Origin: Spizellomyces punctatus DAOM BR117
Lineage: Eukaryota
Length of the DNA stretch: 64,000 bases
Reading direction: 5' to 3' (one strand)
Assembly (NCBI GenBank): GCA_000182565.2
Contig: KQ257457.1
In this document: piece by piece, positions 52,402 through 64,000 of the stretch
Layout of the letters: each line of letters begins with the position of its first letter
How positions within the stretch are numbered: the first letter of the stretch is position 1
Translations under genes and position numbers: made by a program
The notes under the pieces: model-generated
Database searches by the model: none
What the model was told of the DNA's origin: nothing
Seen by the model: only the letters and a program-made list of their open reading frames with translations

Positions 52402-53796
52402 AATGTGTATTTAACTAGTTCGGCTCTTCATATTGAGGCACTATATCTCGAAAACCAGAGTCACTTTATTATACTATGGCAAGTTTACAAGCAACAATTC
52501 CCGTTGGAATGTGCAAGTTGGTGTACGGTTCGATTTGGTAGTGGCTCGATCCAATAGCACACCCCAATTGCTTGATGTGTGAGCTCACCAACTGTTTCGC
52601 CATTGCCGAATGTCATTCCTTTCCAACCTTCCAACGAGCCCAAGACCGTCTACGCCGTCGTCTACACTACAAATGCTCAAGGTGTGTGAGATAGAGTTTG
52701 CTTTGCTCAGTTCACTGGATAGTATTACAATGCGCTCTTAACTCACCTGTGGGACAGCATTCGGGACCACGAAAATATGTGGCAACTGAGAACACAGATC
52801 CGCCGCCTGATCAAGGTACATTCCTCCTTCGTTATCCAAAGGTTATAGATAAATTTGCGAAATCATTTAGTAATTTGCTTGAACCCCTGCATGTCCATTT
52901 GAATATAAGTGGTCATTCCCGACAAAACCCATCCCTTCGTACGCATGCTCTACACCCAACCGGAGAACCAAGTACGTTTTCGGTCATGCACGAGTGATTC
53001 GCATAGTTGTCCTTACAGTCTCGTTGAATTTACAGCCAGATCTCCTCACGCAACCATACAAACGAGTTCAGGATAGCATGCAGCAGTTGGGCAAAGATTG
53101 GGCCTCAGAGGATGGGGAAGGTGAAAGGCTAAAGAAAAAAGTGAAGCGGTGATTGGGGTTGTGCCAGATCATTTTGATTGATGGGACGAGCATTCGTGGG
53201 TCCTTCTTGTGTGATAGTTCTATTATACCCGTATTATATGTAGGCCAACATTAGATGTCGGAGGCTTTTAATTATTGAAACCAATCAGCGATGAGAGTTT
53301 TTGCATGTAACCCGAACCTGTAAAGTTCCACATGCAGTCCAAGGTTTGGATGATAATAAACGAGGACGAAAGGGCTCGTCCGCGAAACAAATTAAGAATG
53401 ATGCAAAATGACCAGCGTGCAGGAAACCTGTCGACGTGATTCACCGGCGAAGGGACTTGAAGGGCTTCAAAGATAAAAGAAAGCAGGTGACTAATGACCA
53501 AGTAGAAAGGCAAAAGCGGGAAACGGAACACATGGGCCGATGGTATGAGCAACCTTGATGCCTGTAGCGAACGAAAAGCCCTGCAACATTGGTGAGCGGC
53601 GTAATGGTGAGCTGGTTTTTCGTGCTGTGTTGTCGTAACGGCGGTTTTGCATCGGCGGAGCGGTCAAAGACCCGAATCTTCTGGTATTTTCATGGTCTCA
53701 CCTGTTACATGGCTTTTATCGTCGCTGAAAGCCCATCTTAAGATTGTAGTCTGATCTTCCCACGTCAAAATATAGTTTTGAAACCAGAGGCAGTGA

Positions 53797-56708
53797 ATGC
53801 AAAGCATGGCCGAACAGCAACGTCCATCAACACCTCCTTTAACTCCTCCTCGCGATCAAGCGAAAGGAGAAGCGGTCATCGTCCCCATTCCCATCGTCAT
53901 GGGTGCCATTGAAGAAATCGTTACTCCAGGCAGAGAACACCCTCCAGAGGAAGAAGAAGAAGGCAACGAGGACCATGAAACAGACGTATTCGGCCGTAAT
54001 TACCCAACTGCTCGTCGTGCAGCGACAGGAGAAGCTGTTCCTATATCAGGCAGCGTACTACCAGGTATTGGTACAGTTGAGGCTCCTATTCAAACTGCCC
54101 GTGCTGCGCTGCATATTGCGGATGAGATGGGTGCCCTTCCTCCGCGAAGCGTCGTAGAGCGTGGAGCAGAGATGGCTGGTGAGGAACAAGAGAGAAGAAG
54201 CATTGAAGGAGTCGAAAAGAGTGGGGAAAGGAAACACTTTAGAAAAGATGAGGAAAAGTTTGAAGTGCCGCAAGTCGGGGAAGAGAAACCGGCAGAGGCT
54301 GAGCACATTCCTGGTGAGTGGAATGTCAGTCAGCGGGTGGATCCTTCCCGGTATGATCCAAGGGTGCCGTATATTGCGGGTTTCTCGAATGGTATTGAAA
54401 TAACGGTAAGGAGAGTTCAGAACTATATAGAGCGACCGGCAACAATCTGACCATCTCTTGCAATTCCATCTAGGATCCCATTATACTCGAGACCAAATTC
54501 GGCGCGGAATTTCCAAAATGGCTTCGAGGTATTTCAGAGGCCCAGTATTCACAGCTGTAACACCCTCATCATAGTATCCTTCCTTGTCCTAACTCAATTT
54601 CCCAGGGGCATACTACCGTAACGGCCCAGGGTTGTTTGATATTGAGTACCTGGACAAAAAGAGGCATATCACTACCTTCAGTTTCGAGCACTGGTTTGAT
54701 GGCTTGCCACTCGTTCACAGGTCAGTATTGTTGTTCTGCAGTTTTTGCCAAAACAAAAAGTCATCTTCATAGTTATCGTCTTGCGCAGATTTCAAATCGA
54801 CGGTGCGAAAGGGGAAGTACAGTATCGGTCCCGCTTTACCGCCACGACATTGGAAAACCTGATTCGAGAGTATGGAAGGAAGACGCATAAGACAACTGAC
54901 ACGGATTTGGGAAGGTTGGGGTTAAGTAGGATGGAGTCGGATCCCTCGGCGGTCGCTGGTATGTTAATGTCATGTTGACTGTGGTTCCTCTCGCTATTGC
55001 TAATACATAATGGTATTTCCTTTGTGTAGTAAATTTTGGTAGGTTATCGTTTCATTCACGCTTGTCCAGCTACACGCATTTTACAGGATGACACGGACCT
55101 ACTATCCATTTAGCGATTCAACCGGGTTTCCCTATCGGTCACGGTCTCCCTGTTTCCGATCATCTTGTCCTAACAACAGACTCGACTCTCCTGCAGGAGA
55201 TCGACCCAGTTACATTGATCCCCAAACGGGCCTTCCGTTATGAGCACATCCACCCGGCATTCAAGGGTGAGGTGGCGGCCGCGGTCGCCGCCCGGGACAT
55301 CCAACATAAGATTCTGGTGAACTATGCGATGGAGTATTTAGCGAACGGACACGCCAAGTATACGTTCTTTGGGCTGGCAGAACAGGACAGGTTTGATCCT
55401 CCGGTTTGTATCGTCACTTCGGACCATATTTTTTTCGCACATGTGGGTTGAATGACACTGATCATGTTTGTAGGGTCACCTCATGGCAACAATCACAGGC
55501 CGTCCAACCCACGCTCACTCGATCGCACTCACAAAACACTATGTTGTGCTTGTTGCATTCCCTTTCACGACGACGTGGCGTACTGGGTTCCGGAAAGTCG
55601 TCCCCTGGCTTTCGCACCCTTCTCCATCGTCGCCCTCAAGTATTCGCAAAGAAATGTACTTTGACCCACACGGTCACACCACTTTCCATGTCATTGTAAG
55701 TTGCCATACTCCTACAATTTTCAACGTAACGTGTACGATAATTCAATGTTCAATATCTTTAGGACCGTGACCGCCGTGAAGAAGTCTGCATTTTCCGCAC
55801 CGGTCCAATGTACGCCCTGAACATTATCAACGCATTTGAAACCGACGACGGGCAAACGGTGTGCATCGACATGAATACATACGACAATGATGAGATTTTG
55901 AGGTGCTGGGATCTGAGGAATTTGAGGACGTCGGAGATGCCGCCTTGGCCAGGTGCAACGGTTAGGCGATATGTTTTGAGTAAGATTCCAGAGGTATGTG
56001 TAATATCATGCAAGGGTGTGATAGTCGTACTTAAGCACCGAGAACAGGCATCAACTGTATACAAAGTCAACAAATCAAAACTGCCCGAGGTAAACAAAAC
56101 ACATACTATATAGTACCAGTCTGGCTGAAGTCGCATTTTGATCCCCCTTCTCGTAGCCCTTTTTCACGCACCGAACTGATTTCACCCTTGAATGGCCTCG
56201 CATCAATCCTGACTCTCCTACTCATCAATACAATTACGCCTGGGGCCTGAGCATCAGTCCAGAAAAAAGGAAACTAACCAACGTGGTTTGGGACACGATT
56301 GTAAAAGCTAATGTGGCGGAAAAAAGTAGAATCGAATGGAGGCAGGAGGGCTGTTATCCCGGTAAACTTGACAAAGTTCTTTCCAGTATTATGCAGTGTA
56401 AACGTGTACGCTTAACTTTGATGAACATAGGCGAACCCATCATGATCCCAAACCGGGAGGCCGAAGTCATCAACGAAGACAACGGCGTCGTCCTCAGCAT
56501 TGTTCTCGATACGGTCAACAACAACATTAGTTTCCTATTGGTGTTGGATGCCGCTACGATGCAGGAATTGGGAAGGGCTAATCTACCTGTCCATGTTCCG
56601 TTTGGGTTCCATGGTATGTTATTCGCTGCCCTCATGGTGTTTAAGACGTTTTCATTGATTGAGTGGGTTTCATGTTCAGGCGCTTGGACGCAAGAAGTCC
56701 ACGGTTGA
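53797..56708 (+). CDS. Carotenoid cleavage oxygenase / RPE65-family protein (degenerate iron site)
   Basis: FPKWLRG..YRNGPG, HWFDGLPLVHRF, FTLEWPRINP, GEPIMIP..EDNGVVLSIVLD, SFLLVLDA.TM.ELGRA and VPFGFHG. Multi-exon. Confidence 0.9.
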
Positions 56709-57302
56709 AAACGTGTGTGATGATGTCGGGTCAAGATTCTGTACGAAAATGGCTGTTCATTAGGGGCCATGTCTCATCGCTGCTGCATTCCTATCTTGTT
56801 GTTTGCTGGGCTGTGTATTTGCAAGGAGCGTACATCTTTCGCACGTCAAGGCATTTTAAGTAGTTCCTGTGATGCAGTTCCTCGTTTTGTATGTTATGAT
56901 AGCGTTATTTGGGCTGTAATGCGTTATGCTGAATATTGAAATTTTTTAGTGAAATACTCTGTCGTCTGTGATATAAACGGTTCAAAACCTCAAACTAGGA
57001 AATGGTAGCATGATTTGCACTTAAGACTTATTCAACTAAATTCGGCCATCAGCCCCCCCCCTCGTCCAGCAAAGAAAGAAATGCACAGATCGTCTATAGC
57101 CATCATACATAGCCCCAACCCACTGCCCTCCCTAAAGTCACTTCGCCTTGTGCAGTATGCACTGGCGACGTCCATATAATACATACAAGAAAAAGAGTAC
57201 CGTGTACATTCAATCAGCTTGGAAGCAGATGCTAATGCACGAACGCCGTCTAGGTAGTCACAACATGTGCGCCAGTAACATGAAGTTGTGGTAAGATATC
57301 TC

Positions 57303-60300
57303 TTAGGTACTTCCCGCTGGCTGCTCCATTTGCGTATCGACCGGGCTATTAAGTGTTACAGATTCGGTCGGTACCGGGTGATTGCTCTCCAGCATGGGCT
57401 GCTGCTCCACCTGTTCCCCACCCTCTTCCTCATCACCCTCCTCTCCATCGCCGTCGTCGCTCTCATCACCTTCTTCGCCTTCTCCGTCATCCGGTCCATT
57501 TTCGCCATAATCTTCCTCATCATCTTCATCTTCCTCGCTCACATCAGCAGGTGCAAACCGGTCCCCTGGTCCCTCAACTTTCGTCCCGCAGTCAAGGCCA
57601 TCCGTAAAGTCCAACACCTCGAACCACGTCCGTCCACCTTCCCGTTGCACCGCGCAGACCAGACGCTGTTCATCCATACGTACTCGCCATACGCCTTGGA
57701 CGTTTCCAACTAGGTCGCGGATGAAGCGCCCGTGCACAGGTTGCGGACCGTTGGGACCTTGAGTGAAGGCTAAGGATGGAGCGAAAGGCGCCCCAGGTGG
57801 CGGCTGTCCGGATCCATAACCTGTCGAGCTCAGCTCCCAGACCTTCACTCCACCGTCGGAACCAGAGACTATCCGATTCAATTTTGGATCGTGATGGAAG
57901 CAAGTAATTGCCGCAGAATGACCAGTCAGATTTGCGAGGCATTGGCCGGTTGTTGGAGACCAGATACGAAGCGTAGCATCAGCAGCTGCTGATACAAGAT
58001 ATTGTGGCGACAACTCTAGTAGACCGACAAGCGAAGTGTGACCTGGATTTCATAAACGATAAGGTTGCTTATATCTTTTTGTGCAGAAGAGTTATCTTCT
58101 TACCTTCCAGATTGAACATTGCTTGACCAGTTTTAGTGCACCACACGCGAACAGTGGCATCCATGCTACCGCTGACAGCTCGCTGCAGCTCATGACTGTA
58201 TCCCACACTGTACACCTTTTCCCGATGTCCACGACATACATGGTCGCAGTTTCCAGTCGTCAAGTTCCAAATCCGTACAGTACAATCGTAGCTCCCGCTG
58301 ACGAGTACATTTCCAAACCCTGCGATTGCACGAACAGAGTTGTTATGACCGCTCAACACGTGCCGGAAGAAGGGATTCTGATTCGCTTCCCCGGGAGTCG
58401 GTGATGATCCACCGGTTGTCGTGGGCAGATATGGTTCGTCTCGCTTCGGATGTGGTAGTCTCCATACTCTTAACGTAGCGTCGCGAGAGCCTGTCACGAC
58501 AAGCGGTACTTCCGGCTCCAGCCGGCCAGTTTCAGGATTTCTCCATGGAATGATAATAATCAAGCATCGGACGGTGGATGTATGTCCTTCAAAGAGATGA
58601 GTGCATCTCCCGGTATCCATATCCCATACTCGCACCGTGCGATCTGTTGATCCCGATACCAGTACATCATTCCAATATTGAAGGGCCCAGACACCACCCT
58701 CATGGCCCTCAAGTCGTTTTCGGAGCTCGCCGGTTCCTGTGTCATAAATGTGGATAGTTTGGTCATCTGAGCCGGATACTATCTTTCGAGCATCGAATTG
58801 CAAGCATGTGACCACATTAAATGCGTGGCCAGGGAATGAAATGTGTTTGTATCGGCCGTGAAACCAATTTTGACGAATAAGGTGGTGCCTGCGATAGAGA
58901 TTTTTGTAAAGTTGTGCAGGGAGTTGTCCGTTTTCTGATGAGAATTCAATGAGTTTCCGCGCGTGGCTTGGAGAGTTGACTTCGCTCTTCCAATTTTCCG
59001 GCCAGTCGGCGGCGCTTGCCACTCGATTTTGGCCGGCTCCTGACGACCGACCCAATGTGTATTCATCGTCGCTGTCCTCCATCGGGTCCGCAGACCGAAG
59101 GCCGGCTGGCGGGTTCGTCCGTATAGATGGATTGTCAAAAGTAATCTCTAATTCAATCTCATCTTCGTCGTACCACCCTTCACTAAGCAGGCGTTTCTTC
59201 CACACTGCAACTTCAGCGCCGTCGCCATCCACAACTCTCTTCCACGCTTTGCTTACTGATGCGCAGCGCCCCAAAGATCTCAAATCTAAATATTGCAGTA
59301 CTTGGTAACTAAGTTCTACAGGTAGCAAGCCCACAAAATCGCGCTTTAGGCTAGGTAGAATCAGAGAAGACACAAATTGCAATGTTGGAAAGGGGCAACG
59401 TCGTAATAACTGGAGGAGAAGATAAGACTTAAGAGGAGTCGGCAAATTGTCAAATGTAGATAGGATGTACGGAATATCGCCCAGGGAGGGTAAATCGGCA
59501 AACTCTGCTGGAATCTGAGATTGCTCGGTAAATGTGAAAGATGTCGATGGAGCAGTACCATTCATGGTTGGTAGCGACCCGAGGATACTGCTAATCACGG
59601 GATGTTGGGCTTCCATGTCTGGATTCGGGAAAGCGCTTTTTGTGGTCGGGGACATTGTGGGACTTGGAAGATTAGGAGTCACGCTCTCACTAAGATCAGG
59701 ATCAGTGCTCTGCGCAGCTCCAGGTATATCTACGGGATTAGCCTCAGGGAAAGGTGTCAAGGGAATAGGAATTGGAGTTCCAGCTAGCATGGGCTTTCCA
59801 ACAGGGGTAATACGATGATCGTCATGTCGTATAGAGTGTGCTTGTGGCGCACCAAGTGGGCCCCTTCGCTTTGGTGCGCGAGACCGACCTTCAGCAGGGC
59901 TCACAAGCGACGGTGAGACGTTGCTTTCTTCTAATTCCGTGGCAGTCATGGCGGCGTAGTTTTCCGGTGATACAGGTCTTTTGCGGTTACCCTTTGGAAT
60001 AGGAATGACAGGGTCAGCAAACAGACGTTCTAGATCGAGTGTAGGTGATGCGGCTCCTTGTACGGGATAGGATTGCACAGACGTAGACGTGACCTATTAG
60101 GAGAAAGGGAACATCAAATGTTAACTGATCAATTGATATGCGAGACGAATCCGGCCGAATATCACACAATGCCCCTACCTGATTGTGATTAAGATTATTG
60201 TCAACAACCTCCACTTCTCGGAAGCTAGTTGGTATGCCGTTAAGATCAAAGCAAAACTTTTTCAAGGCCGGGGGTGTCGGGGTCTTTGACAAAGGGTATA

Positions 60301-60718
60301 CTTCTGGATCCAACGGGTGGGGAGCCGGTGGAGGTGGAATATAGAGTGGAGGATAATCTGTTGTGCGAGTTGTAGTGGTGGTGACAACTGTGGTGATTAC
60401 TTGTTGAGCTGCTAGAGCGTATTGCACAGACGGACGTCTAATAAGCGACTCTGAAGACGATGAGGATGATGCAGCTGAGTAGCCATCAGAAAGACAACTA
60501 TTAGCTGATGTAAGCCCAAAAAGAGTGCCAGCAGAGCGAAATTGCCTACCTGACCCGGAGCCAGCCGACCCGACAAGTGTTTCAAAATTAGCAAACTCAA
60601 CAGCGGGCGTCGTTACTGTAGCGGCAGTAGCAGTAGACGCAGAGGTCAAGGTCGGCGGCGGTGGTGGTGGAGTCAGAGCAGATCCTCGATTCCAGTTTGC
60701 GGAAGGGGTTGGAAGCAT
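57303..60718 (-). CDS. CDC4: F-box/WD40 SCF substrate receptor Cdc4/Fbxw7
   Basis: D-domain (LLLQLLRRCPFPTLQFV), F-box (RDFVGLLPVELSYQVLQYLD) and WD40 repeats (VVTCLQFD, GHEGGVWAL, GHTSTVRCL, SGSRDATLRVW-type, GHTSLVGLL). Two introns. Confidence 0.93.
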
Positions 60719-62497
60719 GCCGCTCTGCTGGAGCGGGTAAGTGGGGTATCCAAACTATACTTTCTTATCTAGTCAACTCTTTGTGATAAAGAAGAAGCTA
60801 GAGGGAACAGCTTTTGGCTTTTCTTTCTATTTTTTTCGCTGAAAAGCTGCGATGCAGCAAGGAGGTTCGTGAGAAAAATGCTCAGATTTGCTGTAAATAG
60901 TGCTTGCAATTCAACATACCAGTCTGCTCGGGAGCCTTCAGTCCAACCGTAAGTATTCGTTTGTAGAGGCCTTTGTCGGCAAACTGCGAATGATTAAAAA
61001 CAGTGAGCTTTGAATTCACCATTTTCCTTCTCCCTGGCGTGGAAACACCGTTTCCCTGTCTGACCCGGCTGCCACATTCATCGGACTGCATTCACCGATT
61101 GCAACCCGGTAATCGACAGTAGCAACTCTTGTCCACTTACCCACAAAGCCGACACGCCTTTGCAAAAGATCACACCAATCCGACAGGTCCTTCCAAGTCG
61201 ACTAAACCCACCCAGGAGAACACGGGGGTATGTTTTGTTGCACGTTCCAACCAGAACAGTAGCCAACCGCTATCTCGAAATCACAAGCCAGAAAAGCAGA
61301 GTTGAAGAAAGTCCCGCAATCACCTTCCACACCCGCTAAAATAATAAAAAAAAAACCAGGTCAATCCAACAAGGAAAATGGCCCAGCGCAGTGTGTCTGC
61401 TGTGTTTTGAGACTGGGGCGAGTGTCGACAAGCGTGCTAAGCGCGTTCAGGAGCTTATGCGGCACACCAATTATAAAATGGGGGAAGATCTTGTGACTTT
61501 TTGTTGGCTGGCCTTTTTTTTTCCTCCTTCCTTCCTTCCTTCTTCTTGGACTTTAAAGCTTGAAGGCCTGCAAGGAAGAGATGATTTCCTAGCCTTTGCA
61601 GCACACGCACACACACATGCAAGTCTTTTGGGGCGAGGGTTGAACACAAAAAGACGGTACTGTTTGTCCAATTCTTTGACGATAGGGCATCTAGACCCAT
61701 CAACAGGGGAGCCCTGAAGCAAAATTCCTTCCCCTCCCCCAAAATCCATTTACATCACTATCATCTGCGCAGCACTTTTTGTCCTGACTGGGGGATTCTG
61801 ACTGAATAACTCTGGTCTTTTACGTTGTTTTGGACTTTTCGCCCTGCTCTGAATGTTGACGTATGTTGGCGAGACCCAGCCATGTTGGTGCTTCCTATTG
61901 AAAACTCCACTACCTATGTGGACAAGGAAACGATAGATCTATTAAAAAGTTTCAACATTTACTGGACATTTGTGTTCCACCGTTAAGTTGCGATGGTGCT
62001 GGGACTCGCATATAAAACGCTCGTTTCCCATTTTGAAGCACTGTTGGAACTTGGTTTCTGCAGAAAGAGAGGTCCCAGCATTGAAATATCAATTGTGCTC
62101 ACTCGTTTTTCTAATGCATGTACACTCCAACCATCAATGAGTGCTATTGCAAAGGCAGCTAAATCCTACACTGTTTATCGCCGGGCACCTTTTATGGCAC
62201 ACTGCAACACTAACTTGCAACCATGCAGTTAGTGTAGGAGTGGTACATGGTTGCATGGCGTTTATGTCTGGAGGATTGGGCAATGACCTTTGTTGTCATC
62301 ATTTCTGTACAAGTATTCACTTTATCAATATATCAAGGACTTGGCAGCTAAAATAGGAAATCCAACACTTTTCGAGTTCATATCACTTGCAAGGGCGGGT
62401 AATATCACACATTTCATTTGAAAGCTTCAACCGCTAATCACCTATATTCAAACATGGAGTTCTCTATAATTGATTTCATCCAATCTTACGATCATCA

Positions 62498-62586
62498 TCT
62501 ATGCTGTTTCAATAGTGCGGAGCCGATGGGTATTGGCACTAGCACCCGCACCAGGGATTGAACCGGCGACAACCAGTTCGGAAAAG
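62498..62586 (-). ncRNA. Fanzor omegaRNA (scaffold 62586-62513 plus ~15 nt flank-derived guide)
   Basis: Directly after the Fanzor stop: CTTTTCCGAACTGGTTGTCGCCGGTTCAATCCCTGGTGCGGGTGCTAGTGCCAATACCCATCGGCTCCGCACTA|TTGAAACAGCATAGA. It is structured and closely similar to the SpuFz1 scaffold as recalled from memory. Confidence 0.8.
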
Positions 62587-62600
62587 GTAATCTAACTAAT

Positions 62601-64000
62601 CTACGCTACGGCTGGAACACCCCTGCTGAACACTTTTGGTCTACCGTGTCCATCTAACATTGATTGCACGATCATCAGCATGTTGCAGGTGCTCAGCGTG
62701 TCCCTGTTCCAGTAGCGCATCGTCCAGGCTTGCTGACAGTTAGGGTTGGTACAACCCAGCAATCCATGGACTTTTTCAATCTTGCCTTCGCGACGGCGCC
62801 AAGGTCTTGAATGAGGTCGTGTTTTGAAGCCTTTTTCAAGGAAGTCAGCAGATGAGGCCAAACAGTGAGGGCAGACAGATGAGGTCTTGTACTCGTCGAG
62901 AAGGAAGCAGTTGATCCTGTTGCGCTTAAAGAGGGTGCGCCAACCTTTCGTCTTTGATGAGGTCTGAAATCTTGCAGTTCGACCGGCATCACTCCAATCA
63001 CCCATCACAATGGTGAAGTTCCCAAACTTGTTGCGCATGTTGGATATGAGGTTTGATTCACTCTTCTGACGGTTTATAAATGCATGCCACTTCCACTGCG
63101 TGTGGGCAGGGTGGGAGTAGAATTCCTTTCGATGATCTGAATCTGTGCGGCAAACAAGAAGGTAGCAAGTGAAGTCCATGAGGTTCATCGTCTTGTGGCT
63201 TGGGATATGTGATTCTATGAGGTCCATTCCCGCTTCCTTCTTCATCTGCTGCCGTTCCTTTGCAAATCGCTGTGACAGTGCATATTTTTATGATTGCAAT
63301 CATAAAAATATGCACTGTCACAATCGCCGGCTACCAGTCTCCTTGCAGCATTGATTGGCGGTATAGCGAAACATTGTTGCACCATTGCTGTCTTGGCAGT
63401 AGAGAAGGTCGTGCTTGTTTGGGTCGATAATGACAATGTTCTCTGCTGCTTGACAAGCAGGCAAGTTGTTTTCCACATAAAGCGCTTTAACCTCTGCCTC
63501 CATCTTGTTTGCTGACTTTTTCCCTCTGCCGCTGTGCTTTCCATACTTGTCAGCTTCAGGATGTTTCAAGTAAACTGACACCGAGGTACTGTCTGTCATG
63601 ATTGAGCCTTCAAACTGCATACCACAGCGAGACTGAAAAGCTTTGGTACATAGATTACAGATGCGCAACCATAAATCGACCTTTTCGACAGTTTCCGCTT
63701 CTCGTCGCGTGATGCAAAGAAGGTGAGAGTAGAGGATGATGGTGTCGATTTGCACGTGACTTTGAATGAGCGAGCGATGAAGAGGTATGGTGCTAAACCG
63801 TCGAAATCCGTGATGCTCATAGAGTCAGGAGAGTTTGCAGTATGCAGGAAAGAAGGCGAGAGGGTCTACAGCAACCGAATATGTGAGTGGCTGGTCGTCA
63901 GAAAGGGGAATGCTAAGGGACCAAATCTCTTCTAGAAGTTCACTCTCTTCAGCAGTCAAGTCATCAAGCGACTCAGGCACAATATCAAAAAGGAAAATTG
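62601..64000 (-). pseudogene. Fanzor1 (TnpB-related RNA-guided RuvC nuclease), inactivated; 5' part beyond window
   Basis: RuvC-I IVIIDPN, RuvC-II LLDEYKTS, Zn ribbon CPHC..CTNPNC, RuvC-III WNRD, and C-terminus VPAVA*. Premature TGA at 63825-63827 and a stop-containing insertion at 63271-63322. Confidence 0.93.
63271..63322. mobile_element. 52 bp perfectly palindromic insertion with 5 bp TSD (ATCGC), TGT..ACA termini
   Basis: ATCGC|TGTGACAGTGCATATTTTTATGATTG CAATCATAAAAATATGCACTGTCACA|ATCGC. Removing it and one TSD copy restores the Fanzor frame ETGSRRFAKERQ. Confidence 0.9.

Noticed and set aside
55188..55199. CTCCTGCAGGAG resembling the cassette dyad
   Set aside because: The spacer is 2 bp rather than 3, and it is an isolated copy inside a coding exon.

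Overview
Intron-rich eukaryotic DNA, very probably from a chytrid fungus of the Spizellomyces type (K40-bearing alpha-tubulin; a Fanzor whose C-terminus and omegaRNA closely resemble SpuFz1 as I recall it). There are two assembly gaps (2343-2813 and 33889-34056). The window holds one tRNA-Ser(TGA) and about 20 protein genes. Ordinary genes include ketopantoate reductase, ARF1, a WIPI3/4-type PROPPIN, a GDSL esterase, alpha-tubulin, bestrophin, a DUF2423-like protein and Cdc4/Fbxw7. The most interesting signals are: (1) a ~6.4 kb cassette (6931-13309) bounded by ~600 bp direct repeats, encoding a restriction-endonuclease-like protein and a G-patch protein, with 14 perfect copies of the dyad CTCCT-N3-AGGAG and a GC-AG intron holding two copies of a structured 120 bp unit; (2) a single gene fusing a secreted DD3-3-like ectodomain to a complete NADPH-oxidase core, a DUOX-like topology; (3) a TEAD YAP-binding-domain protein; (4) a decayed Fanzor with a recognisable omegaRNA scaffold, interrupted by a 52 bp perfectly palindromic insertion with a 5 bp target-site duplication; (5) a carotenoid oxygenase lacking two of four iron ligands and a bacterial-type patatin fused to a YxxDFE-repeat region. 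All family calls come from motif recognition by eye; no searches were run.
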